DNA of 64,000 nucleotides, taken from contig JBHLKV010000001.1 in NCBI GenBank assembly GCA_048886305.1, forward strand, positions 13,039-77,038, in the 5' to 3' direction. The DNA comes from Candidatus Hodarchaeota archaeon. Lineage in GTDB: Archaea > Asgardarchaeota > Lokiarchaeia > Sigyniarchaeales > SOKP01. The translations under genes and the position numbers were made by a program. The notes under the pieces are model-generated. The model did not search any database. It was given only the letters and a program-made list of their open reading frames with translations, and had not been told where the DNA came from. How positions within the stretch are numbered: position 1 is the stretch's first letter; each line of letters starts with the position of its first letter. This document shows, one piece after another, positions 29,435-38,409 of the stretch.

Positions 29435-30607
29435 ATGAATACACTAATAAAACAGAAATCAAAATTAAAATCAAAAATTTTTTTCCATGAAAAGATAGTT
29501 ATGACAAGTGAAAAAGAAAGAAATATTTCGATTTTATTAAAGAATCTCATAAATTCTCATCAAGATTTAGAAATAGCTTTTCTTTATTCGAGAGAAGGAC
29601 TTTTGATTTCTAAGTATGGAAGGTTGGAAGATCAAGACGAATCTGAGACAGAAAATGAACTAGAAGTGATCTATGGAGCAATTACTACCATAGCAGAGAA
29701 TTTATTAAATAGGATTAGTAATGAATATAAGATAGGACATTTTGGTAGTGGATCTTTTGAAACTCCTGACCATAGAATAATTTTTCTCGAAGCTGGTTCT
29801 GAAGCTATATTAATTCTATTTTGTAATTATGAAATAAACTTAAATAAGCTTTTTCCAGTTGCTTACCTAGTAGCTGAAAAAATAGCACAATTAATTGAAG
29901 AAAGTTTTGATTTCAAGTATAATTCTTTAGATATTCCAGAATTAAGTTTCCATGACAATTTTTCCTTAAAATTGGATCAATATCGTTCTGCAGGTGAAAT
30001 AAAGCCTGAAATGGAAAATATTTCAATGAAATATCATATAAAGAAATCTAAAGACGTCAAAAATGCATTTAAATTGATAATATTAGGTTCTGCTGCTGTT
30101 GGAAAAACTACATTAGTGAGAAGCTTTTTGAAGAAGGAACAAACCCAAGATTATCGAGCAACGATTGGAATTGCCATAAGCTCTAAAAAGTTTTATATTC
30201 AAGGTTTTAAGGATGAAAAAATCAATTTTCTTATCTACGATTTAGCAGGTCAAGAATTTTTCAAACGAATTCGGAAGGAATATTATAAAGGAGCGAATTG
30301 TGCTTTTGTTGTTTATGATATAACACGAAGAGAGACTTTTGATGAAGGGATAGATTATTGGTTTAAAGATGCTAGAGAGGAATTAGGAAATGTACCATTT
30401 GTATTAATAGGTAATAAGGTTGACTTAGAAGACCAAAGACAAGTGTCAAAAGAAGAAGGACTGAAAAAGGCAGCAGAACTGAAAAGTTTCTTTATCGAAA
30501 CTTCGGCATTACACAATATTAATGTTCAAGATACTTTTAAACTCATCGGAATTGGCTTATTTTTCAAATCTGAAGATGAATTAACAAATAAGGATACATT
30601 ATTTTAA
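29435..30607 (+). CDS. Roadblock/LC7 (MglB-like) domain fused to a C-terminal Rab/Ras-like small GTPase
   Basis: Residues ~28-155 are roadblock-like (ISILLKNL..DLEIAFLYSREGLLIS...HRIIFLEAGSEAILILFC..). Residues ~211-375 carry G1 GSAAVGKT, switch I TIGIA, G3 DLAGQE, G4 NKVD and G5 ETSAL. The ATG at 29501 is an alternative start. Confidence 0.9.
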   Translation: MNTLIKQKSKLKSKIFFHEKIVMTSEKERNISILLKNLINSHQDLEIAFLYSREGLLISKYGRLEDQDESETENELEVIYGAITTIAENLLNRISNEYKIGHFGSGSFETPDHRIIFLEAGSEAILILFCNYEINLNKLFPVAYLVAEKIAQLIEESFDFKYNSLDIPELSFHDNFSLKLDQYRSAGEIKPEMENISMKYHIKKSKDVKNAFKLIILGSAAVGKTTLVRSFLKKEQTQDYRATIGIAISSKKFYIQGFKDEKINFLIYDLAGQEFFKRIRKEYYKGANCAFVVYDITRRETFDEGIDYWFKDAREELGNVPFVLIGNKVDLEDQRQVSKEEGLKKAAELKSFFIETSALHNINVQDTFKLIGIGLFFKSEDELTNKDTLF

Positions 30608-30634
30608 TTTTGATAAAAAATAAAAAAAATTAAT

Positions 30635-33448
30635 TTATTTGCGTATTGTCAATCCTCTTTTCCTTCTAATATTCCACTTTCTTATTTCATCCATAACAGA
30701 TACACTAAAAGCTCCAAGTAATAGTGCAATCCAATAATAGGGATGATATAAAGGAACAACATGAAATGCTAATCTTATTGGTGTAAAGAGAATTAATAAT
30801 TGTAGCCCTAACGATAAACCTGTAGCCCAAAATAGATGTTTATTTGGAAAGAGATAAAATGGTTTTATGTTGGAAGTACAAGTATAAACAAACATTAATT
30901 CACATAACACTAGATTCGTAAATAGAATAGTTTGTGCTAATTGTGCTGCGTATAGAGAATCGACAGCTGTTAACTTTGGATCAATTCCTGCGTCTACCCA
31001 TGCTGGGATTAATACAGACCATAGAAGTAAATAGAGTGTTATATCTGTTATTGAAGTATATATTCCAAGGAGTAAAACAGGTCCCTTTATTTCTGGAAGC
31101 AAAGTAAATCCTTTTCGCGGTTTATCTTTCATTACATCAGGATCTGTTGGCGTAAGTCCTAAAACCATAGCTGGAATTCCATCTGTAGCTATATTGAGCC
31201 AGAGAATCTGAATTGGTACCACAGGAATTGCGAGAAACACATTTGCAAACAGTTTCATAACAATATATGCTGTAAGAATTAAAAATATTTCGTCAAAGTT
31301 GGTACTCAGCATGTATCTGAAGAAACCTTTAGTAGTTTCAAAAATACCTCTACCTTCTTCTATAGCATTAACAATTGTGGCATAATTATCATCAATTAAT
31401 ATCATTTCTGAAGCTTCTTGAGTAACTTCAGTTCCTTTAAGCCCCATCGCTACACCTACATGAGCACTTTTTACAGCCGGAGCATCATTTACTCCATCAC
31501 CTGTCATAGAAACTACTAAATCTAATTCTTTTAATCTTCTTAGAATTCTTAATTTATGTGCTGAAGTAACTCTGGCAAAAATGTCAACTGATTTTACTTT
31601 TTCTCGTAGTTCATCATCACTCATTACTTCCAAATCAGCTCCCGTTATTGCTTCCTCTGATTCAGTTAAACCTATTTCATGAGCAATTGCTATCGCAGTG
31701 ATTTTATGATCTCCTGTAATCATAATGGTCCTAATTCCAGCCATCCTAGCTTCTTCTATTGCATCTTTAACTTCGTCTCTTGCAGGATCAATGATTCCTG
31801 CTAAGCCAAGATAAATATAGTCCTTCTCTATTTCTTCTTCCTTATATCCTTCATTTAATTGTTTATAAGCAACACCTAATACTCTCAAAGCATTTCTTGC
31901 AAAATCCTCATTTTTTTCAAGGATTTCATCTTTTACTTCCTCAATTGGTTTTACTTGATTATCATAAACTGCATGACGAGCATTATGCAATAAAACATCT
32001 GGTGCTCCTTTAATTAAGGAATATAAGGTATTATTAATTTTTACCACCACTGACATCATTTTTCTATCAGAACTAAATGGAATTTCATCAATTTTCTCTG
32101 CTTTCGTATCTAACTCCATTTTCATTGCTAAGACTTTCATTGAAATTTCAGTTGGATCTCCCACCACATCAGTATCGTTTGTTCCATCATTTTTAGGTGA
32201 AACATTTGAATTATTACAAAACATACATACTTCTAAGTATCTCCTTAAATTATCTGCTATTTGAACCTGTTCACCTTTTTCATTAATAATTTTACCTTCA
32301 AGGGCATAACCTACCCCCTCTACGACATATTCTTTACCACCTATGAAGACTTTTACAACAGTCATCTCATTTTTTGTTAGAGTACCTGTTTTATCTGAAC
32401 ATATAACGTTCACACGTCCAAGTGTCTCTACAGCAGTTAATTTCCTTACTAATGCGTTTCTATCTGCCATTTTTCTCATTCCAATACTCATAACTACGGT
32501 AATTACAACAATAAGTCCTTCAGGAACTGCTGACACTGCTAGACTTATTGATATTTCAAAAGCTTCAACAAGTTCATCAATATCAAATTCTGTGATTAAT
32601 AATATCAAAAATTCAACAAGGAAAACGGCGGCACAAATTAACAATATGATTATTCCTAAGAGTTTACCAAATCGGTTCACCTCTTTTTGAAATGGAGAAA
32701 GCTCTATCTCTTCTTCTTGTAAGCTCTCAGCAATTTTCCCGATCTCAGTTTTCATTCCTGTACCAATAACAATTCCCTCTCCATTTCCTCTTGTAATTAT
32801 TGTATTCATGTATCCAAGATTAGTCCTATCAGCTAAAATCATTTTCTCTTCAACAGGGTTTAATTGTTTCTTAACTGGTTTTGATTCTCCCGTTAGAATT
32901 GCCTCATCAACATAAAGTGAAAACTCTTTATAAAGTCTTAAATCAGCCGGAAATTTATCTCCCTCTTCAAATAATACAATATCTCCAGGAACCACATCTT
33001 CTACACCAATTTCTAAAACCCTTCCTTCTCGACGTATTTTTGCAAAATGTGGCGCTAGTTTCTTTAAACTTTCAAGTGATTTCTCTGCTTGATATTCCTG
33101 ATAGAACCCTAAAATTGCATTAACAATTAATATTGCTGCAATAACTATTGCGTCAGTATATTCCGTCGACCAGGCTTCAGCTCCCTCTTGAGATCCCTCC
33201 CAAATCCCAATAATAATAGAAATAACTATAGCAAACATTAGTAAGTAGATAAGAAAGTCTTTAAATTGCCCTATAAATATTTGCCAAGCGGTCTTTCCTT
33301 TTTCTTTGATTAATTCATTTTTACCATATAACTCAATCCTTTTTTGAGCTTCTGATTCAGTTAAACCATTTTCTATCGAAGTATTTAGTTTTTTTTCTAC
33401 ATTTTCAAATGACGTTGAATGAGCATGAATTTCTTTTATTTCAACCAT
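30635..33448 (-). CDS. P-type ATPase, type IIA (SERCA/PMCA-like Ca2+ or cation pump)
   Basis: LTGES, VPEGL, CSDKTGTLT, KGAPD, DPARDE, MITGDH and TGDGVNDAPAVK. The ATG at 33448 (MVEIKEIHAHS..) is preferred. The track start at 33550 adds 34 implausible residues. Confidence 0.95.
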   Translation of the reverse strand: MVEIKEIHAHSTSFENVEKKLNTSIENGLTESEAQKRIELYGKNELIKEKGKTAWQIFIGQFKDFLIYLLMFAIVISIIIGIWEGSQEGAEAWSTEYTDAIVIAAILIVNAILGFYQEYQAEKSLESLKKLAPHFAKIRREGRVLEIGVEDVVPGDIVLFEEGDKFPADLRLYKEFSLYVDEAILTGESKPVKKQLNPVEEKMILADRTNLGYMNTIITRGNGEGIVIGTGMKTEIGKIAESLQEEEIELSPFQKEVNRFGKLLGIIILLICAAVFLVEFLILLITEFDIDELVEAFEISISLAVSAVPEGLIVVITVVMSIGMRKMADRNALVRKLTAVETLGRVNVICSDKTGTLTKNEMTVVKVFIGGKEYVVEGVGYALEGKIINEKGEQVQIADNLRRYLEVCMFCNNSNVSPKNDGTNDTDVVGDPTEISMKVLAMKMELDTKAEKIDEIPFSSDRKMMSVVVKINNTLYSLIKGAPDVLLHNARHAVYDNQVKPIEEVKDEILEKNEDFARNALRVLGVAYKQLNEGYKEEEIEKDYIYLGLAGIIDPARDEVKDAIEEARMAGIRTIMITGDHKITAIAIAHEIGLTESEEAITGADLEVMSDDELREKVKSVDIFARVTSAHKLRILRRLKELDLVVSMTGDGVNDAPAVKSAHVGVAMGLKGTEVTQEASEMILIDDNYATIVNAIEEGRGIFETTKGFFRYMLSTNFDEIFLILTAYIVMKLFANVFLAIPVVPIQILWLNIATDGIPAMVLGLTPTDPDVMKDKPRKGFTLLPEIKGPVLLLGIYTSITDITLYLLLWSVLIPAWVDAGIDPKLTAVDSLYAAQLAQTILFTNLVLCELMFVYTCTSNIKPFYLFPNKHLFWATGLSLGLQLLILFTPIRLAFHVVPLYHPYYWIALLLGAFSVSVMDEIRKWNIRRKRGLTIRK

Positions 33449-33626
33449 GATAATCTTAATTTTTTTTTTTAGTATTAAAAAATTATAATAATAAATTATA
33501 ATCCAAATATTGGAATTATTAAATTTAAATTCATTTATAGATATTAGCAAATTAGAATCGTTAAAAAATAAATTTGGTGATTTCTGTTTAAGATAAATTT
33601 TTCAAATTCAGCATTGGATTATATTT

Positions 33627-33937
33627 ATGAACAACAAGAAAATGATTCCAGAAAACTTGTTATTGCTATTTTTTTCTATTCCTCTTCAACGTGAACACTG
33701 TCCTTTTGTGGTAATGTTATTGAATTAATTGAAAAACAGAAAGTTATTAACGATGGAGAATTCATTGAATGGACCCATTTGGATAAAAAACTTAATATTA
33801 ATGTTTTCATTGAAAAAAACTTGCTCCCAGAATTAGAATTAAAAGATCAAATACTCATTGATGTCGCAATTGGGGAGGTAAAAGGTGTAAAAATAGGTAT
33901 GTTGTTTATAAAAAAATCTCAGGATGTTTATGGCTAA
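33627..33937 (+). pseudogene. possible frameshifted small ORF (two overlapping frames joined at the T-run 33704-33707)
   Basis: ATG 33627 opens a 34-codon frame that stops at 33726. The -1 frame is stop-free from 33695 to the TAA at 33935-33937 (81 codons) but has no start near its 5' end. Joining them at CCTTTTG gives ..QREHCPFCGNVIEL... Confidence 0.3.
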
Positions 33938-34129
33938 TAAAATGAACTAATCTTAAAAATGCTAGAAGATTGGTGATTAGCGGTTGTGTCCGTTTATTTT
34001 CAAAATAATACAAATTCTAAAAAAAATAAAATATAAATTTTATAAGCATGATTATTGTTATAAGATAAAACTTAATTTTATCAATAAAATTTAGTTTTTC
34101 AAATATAACATACAACTATATTGATTATC

Positions 34130-34711
34130 ATGAGACCATCACGAGTTTTTAGATGGATAATTAGAATCTTAATACTTGTTTTAACACTTTCAGTTACAGC
34201 AGTTTCTCTTTTAGGGGGATATTCTGCTATTTTGATACTTTCTGATCAAGATAATATTGGAATTGATACTGATAATGCTGATTTTAATTTGGATTATAAT
34301 GAAACAACTGGAGTTGTAAATGATATCAATTTTACTTTACCATTTAATATAACTAACGCAGGTTTCTTTGATCTAGAAGATCTTACATTAGGACTTCAAA
34401 TAGGTCTTGAATATTGGCATGTTAATTTAACTGGTCCAGGTATAAATGATACTCAAACAGTAAAGATTTTTGAAAAAAGTACATCTTATCCAACAATCAA
34501 AAAAGGGAGTACATTGTATGGTAATTACACAGGAGTATATTCCGATTTTGTTCCATATTTAGGAAATCTTCCAGATATTGCGGATATAGACCTTTTTAAA
34601 GTTCCTATATTTAGATTCTTTGCTAATTTTACAATCAGTCTGACATATTCCTTGGGATTACATTCTATTACTTTAGGAGTTAATAACATTACAATAGGGG
34701 AATATCCTTAG
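34130..34711 (+). CDS. single-pass membrane protein with beta-rich, sequon-bearing ectodomain (LEA_2/NHL-like, tentative)
   Basis: N-terminal RVFRWIIRILILVLTLSVTAVSLLGG anchor, followed by a ~150-aa domain with several N-x-T/S sites. It is the first of three tightly spaced same-strand genes. Confidence 0.5.
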   Translation: MRPSRVFRWIIRILILVLTLSVTAVSLLGGYSAILILSDQDNIGIDTDNADFNLDYNETTGVVNDINFTLPFNITNAGFFDLEDLTLGLQIGLEYWHVNLTGPGINDTQTVKIFEKSTSYPTIKKGSTLYGNYTGVYSDFVPYLGNLPDIADIDLFKVPIFRFFANFTISLTYSLGLHSITLGVNNITIGEYP

Positions 34712-34724
34712 GAGGTTTAAGAAA

Positions 34725-35213
34725 ATGGGGCCAACTATGAACATAGTAAAAGGTACTATTTTTGCTATCGTATATGTATGTTTTACAATTATAATACCGG
34801 TAGTCACATTTTCTTTACTAAGAGAATATGTTGTTCAGGGATTACCATTAGATTTCACACAGGAAGATTTAAACAATATTGTTTTTTGGGTTACTGCGTT
34901 TGGATTAGTCATAAGTGGATGTGCCTTCTTCACACATTCTTCGCCTAAACAATCGATAAGAAGAGGTACTTTTGCTTTGATCCAAGTATTGGTTAATTGT
35001 CTATACTTATGGAGTTATAAATTCTCAGGAGCAACTGAAATAATATTTAATTTAGAATTTGAGGATACTTCAGGATTTCTGAGCTTAAATCTACAACAGA
35101 TGGTATTAGTTTTTTTGGGAATTTATTTTCTAACTATAATTCTAAAAGTATATGATGTTATTGATTTTACAATTAATAGAGAGAAAATTCGAAACGATAG
35201 GATGAAAGAATAA
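34725..35213 (+). CDS. four-helix integral membrane protein, unknown function
   Basis: GGAGGT lies 9 nt upstream of the ATG. Four hydrophobic segments are present. The gene starts 13 nt after the previous one ends. Confidence 0.55.
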   Translation: MGPTMNIVKGTIFAIVYVCFTIIIPVVTFSLLREYVVQGLPLDFTQEDLNNIVFWVTAFGLVISGCAFFTHSSPKQSIRRGTFALIQVLVNCLYLWSYKFSGATEIIFNLEFEDTSGFLSLNLQQMVLVFLGIYFLTIILKVYDVIDFTINREKIRNDRMKE

Positions 35214-35228
35214 AGGAGTTGATAAATA

Positions 35229-35615
35229 GTGGTTTTGCAAACTATGGGATTTTTAGAACTATTAGCTGATATTTTTGGGGCAATTTTAACTTTCTTAAAA
35301 CCAATAGTAGTACCTATTGGTGAATGGATGGTTGATTGGATCACGGCATCAATGGATTTTTTGAAACAAAACTTTAGCAGTGAACTAACTATCTATATTG
35401 TTATTTTTATCATTCTGATTGTATCTGGTGTTATTGTAAACATCATCTGGCCCGGTGATCGCCCGGGAACAATATTCTCTAAAGGTATAGATAAAATAGA
35501 AGAAAAATTCGAAGAAAAATTGGCCATTCCAGATGAAATAAGGAGATGTAAGGATTGTGGTAATCCAATTGGAGATTCTAGAGTTTGTCCTTTATGTGGG
35601 GCTGAAAATGATTAA
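35229..35615 (+). CDS. membrane protein with C-terminal cytosolic zinc ribbon
   Basis: Hydrophobic N-terminus plus a TM helix (IYIVIFIILIVSGVIVNII), then CKDCG-x10-CPLCG. AAGGAG lies ~11 nt upstream of the GTG at 35229. The ATG at 35244 is an alternative start. Confidence 0.6.
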   Translation: MVLQTMGFLELLADIFGAILTFLKPIVVPIGEWMVDWITASMDFLKQNFSSELTIYIVIFIILIVSGVIVNIIWPGDRPGTIFSKGIDKIEEKFEEKLAIPDEIRRCKDCGNPIGDSRVCPLCGAEND

Positions 35616-35811
35616 AAAAATTTTGTATTTTTAACTTTTTTTATTAATTTTTATTACTAAATATGCAAAGGATTTTATGCCTTCAATAGCTTGATCGATA
35701 ATGTAATTACATCTTTAATTCTTTCTCGGCGACCCAACTATTCGAGTTATTTTCATATTAATATTAAATTTTAATATTAACTTAAGTAATTTTTATACCC
35801 ATAAGAATACA

Positions 35812-36588
35812 ATGTTAATTTCAAAAATAAATAAAATGAAACTGATTAAAGATAAAGTGGAATATCAAAAAGTTAAGAAAAGTTTATTAGACGATTTAAA
35901 GTACTATAATCAGTTTATTACAAAAAAAGTTGAGGTTAATGATTTAAATTCCGCATTAAATAAAGCCAAATCAGCTATTACATTAATAGAAGAATATCAG
36001 GACGATTTCAATTTAACTAATGAATTATTGGAATTTAAAAAACTAATTCAAAAAATTGATTTAGAAGTAAGAGAAAGAAGGAGATTCTATTTAAGGAAAT
36101 ATAATAATCTTTTAAAAGAGAAGTTAAATGAATCCAATTTGGAAAGTTTCATGAAATTATTAGCTATGTTAAAGAATGAAATAGATAAGAACTTAAACAA
36201 GTTTAATCTTGAAGATATCCATAATAATATTAATAAATACTTTGTTTATATAAAACGGGTATACGAGATCCTAAGTTGTTGCGATATTTTAAATTATTTT
36301 GATGTTTCTGAAAAAATCCTTAACTTTGTTAATGATTTAAAATCTGAAAACTTTCCAAATTTAAAGTATTTTGTTTCTTCGATTTATAAAGATTTGATCA
36401 CTAAGAGAATGTTAGAATATTCTAAAGAGTATAACATAATTTCAATCTCTACTCTCTCTAAGAGAATGGCAGTTAAACAGGAATTTTTGATCAGACTTAT
36501 TGATTCAATGAAAAAACAACCTAAAAAACCAATTATAGACTATAATCCTTCTGTACAAGTAGTAATTTTCAAAAAACCAAGCATATAA
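35812..36588 (+). CDS. helical-repeat protein with C-terminal PCI-like winged helix (tentative)
   Basis: 258 aa, all-helical for the first ~190 aa. The tail YNIISISTLSKRMAVKQEFLIRLIDSMKKQPKKPIIDYNPSVQVVIF fits the PCI WH pattern Y..IS...L......S.......L..MI......G.ID.....V.F. Confidence 0.5.
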   Translation: MLISKINKMKLIKDKVEYQKVKKSLLDDLKYYNQFITKKVEVNDLNSALNKAKSAITLIEEYQDDFNLTNELLEFKKLIQKIDLEVRERRRFYLRKYNNLLKEKLNESNLESFMKLLAMLKNEIDKNLNKFNLEDIHNNINKYFVYIKRVYEILSCCDILNYFDVSEKILNFVNDLKSENFPNLKYFVSSIYKDLITKRMLEYSKEYNIISISTLSKRMAVKQEFLIRLIDSMKKQPKKPIIDYNPSVQVVIFKKPSI

Positions 36589-36593
36589 AACTC

Positions 36594-37517
36594 TTATAAG
36601 GCTCGAAAAAAATCTGGTCTTAATACTTCAGTATGAGTTAATCCATAATTAATTACTTCTAAAATCTTTTGTTTCTCTCGATCTAAAATCCCTCGTAAAG
36701 GAAGATAATTACTTGCATGATTCGAGCGAAAAACACAGTTTGCATTTTTATTTGAGAATTCAATATGTTTAATGAAAGTTTTCAATTCCTGTAATATTTC
36801 GATTTGATTCATTTCCAAAAATTCTCCATTGATCTTTCTTCTAAATATCTCTGTTCCAGGGGGTACAATAAGTGTCAAAAAAGCAACATACCAAATTCTG
36901 TTGTCTGCAGGGCAAATTTTATTAACTAAATCAGCAGATTCTATTGCATGTTTTTCAGAAATATCTGGATTACTTCCCCCTCCAAGGCCATTTATAAAGG
37001 TTGCAGAAAGTGTAATATCTGCGTCCATTAACTTTTTTGATGCTTCAATGTAATCCTGTTTTGTTGCATTCTTATTTACATTTTTTAGTAAAATATCATA
37101 ACCTGATTCAAACCCTACATAAGCAATCTTTAATCCTGCTTCTGATAAGGCACTCAATTGTTCATCCGATTTCTTCAGAATATCTTTAGCGTGAGCATAA
37201 ACTCCAACCCTTTCTAAATTCGGAAATATTTTCATAGCATAATTAGTGAGTTTTAAAAGTTTTTCGGCAGGTGTAACCATTGCATTTCCGTCTAAAAAGA
37301 AAACTTTGCGAATATGAGAACTATATTGTTTTTTAGCTACGTTTAAATCCCTTTTAACATCCTCTAATTCTCTAATTTTAAATTGCTTTTGAAGATTTGA
37401 CATACAAAAATCACATTTAAAAGAGCAACCTTCAGTCAATTGGATCAATAAAGAAGCATGCTCTGATGGAGGACGGAATACGGGTTTACAGTAGTATATC
37501 TTATCTCTATTTGACAT
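36594..37517 (-). CDS. radical SAM protein (canonical CxxxCxxC)
   Basis: IQLTEGCSFKCDFCMS cluster motif and TIM-barrel-length body. It is a paralogue of 46370-47278 (shared RPP.E..S.LI..T.GCS leader). Confidence 0.85.
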   Translation of the reverse strand: MSNRDKIYYCKPVFRPPSEHASLLIQLTEGCSFKCDFCMSNLQKQFKIRELEDVKRDLNVAKKQYSSHIRKVFFLDGNAMVTPAEKLLKLTNYAMKIFPNLERVGVYAHAKDILKKSDEQLSALSEAGLKIAYVGFESGYDILLKNVNKNATKQDYIEASKKLMDADITLSATFINGLGGGSNPDISEKHAIESADLVNKICPADNRIWYVAFLTLIVPPGTEIFRRKINGEFLEMNQIEILQELKTFIKHIEFSNKNANCVFRSNHASNYLPLRGILDREKQKILEVINYGLTHTEVLRPDFFRAL

Positions 37518-37593
37518 ATACAATTTAGAAAAGGATAATATAATTTTATTGGTTTTTAAATGATAGAATATAATTTATTTTAAGCTTCTTTCC

Positions 37594-38274
37594 TTATTCC
37601 TCTTCTTTATCAGCATCTTCAGGTCTATTAGGACAAGATGTTAAATGGCGCCCTAGTCTAACAAATTCCTTCCCACAATAAGGACATTTTTGTTTCTCTT
37701 TTGGAACAACTTCACCTGACTCTTCTGTAGTAGGTTTTTTCTTTCTTTTCTTTTTTGCTCTTGCTGGTATAATATCTTCAATACTAGCATCATCAGGAGC
37801 AAATTCGCAAGATTGAATGTGTGAAGCCAAATCTTCGAATAATTCACCACAAAACGGGCATTCAATCTCCCCAAATTCTTCGGAATCTTCTATATCTGCT
37901 TTCCCAGCTTTTCTCTTCTCGAATTTTAAAGGAATTTCTTCATCTTCTTCCTCGAATTCATCAATAGATAAATCTATTTCCTCATCTGCTTTTATTTCAG
38001 CTATCTCAAATTCTTCTAATTCAATTTTTTTATCTTTAATTTTCTTTTCAGCCACTTTTCTGCTATCATCATATATTTCTGATATCTTTTTATTTGTTTG
38101 AGAATATAAAGCACATACTTGGCAAACATATGCTCTTGTTCCGAGCACTAGATCCCTTTCTGGACAGAAACATAAAGGTTGTAAGCTATTAGAAATGTCA
38201 CCTTTAGGAGTGAGGTATTTACAAGCTAATTTCCTTGAATATTTAATTTTTTGTTTTCTACGAGGTATTTTCAT
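37594..38274 (-). CDS. acidic multi-zinc-finger protein (N-terminal Cys cluster plus two C2HC fingers)
   Basis: The N-terminal Cys cluster is CFCPE..x15..CQVC. Two fingers follow, CPFCGELFEDLASHIQSC and CPYCGKEFVRLGRHLTSC (C-x2-C-x9-H-x3-C), separated by Glu/Asp-rich and Lys-rich tracts. The ATG at 38274 is preferred. Confidence 0.7.
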   Translation of the reverse strand: MKIPRRKQKIKYSRKLACKYLTPKGDISNSLQPLCFCPERDLVLGTRAYVCQVCALYSQTNKKISEIYDDSRKVAEKKIKDKKIELEEFEIAEIKADEEIDLSIDEFEEEDEEIPLKFEKRKAGKADIEDSEEFGEIECPFCGELFEDLASHIQSCEFAPDDASIEDIIPARAKKKRKKKPTTEESGEVVPKEKQKCPYCGKEFVRLGRHLTSCPNRPEDADKEEE

Positions 38275-38409
38275 CACCAAAAGAAGTATATAAAATAATT
38301 AATCTTAAAATTTAATTTTTTTGTTTAGAAAATCTGTATTAAGAGAAAAAAATGCATGAACTTTATTGAAAATAATTGAACTTTAGAAAATAATTATATT
38401 GAGATAAGG

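Noticed and set aside
33449-33550. Track-suggested N-terminal extensions: the P-type ATPase (33449-33550), HAD hydrolase (1364-1450), ABC ATPase (48393-48452) and others beginning at upstream TTG/GTG codons.
   Set aside because: The extensions are low-complexity, overlap neighbouring genes or promoters, and precede an ATG that matches the usual family N-terminus. Shorter models were adopted.
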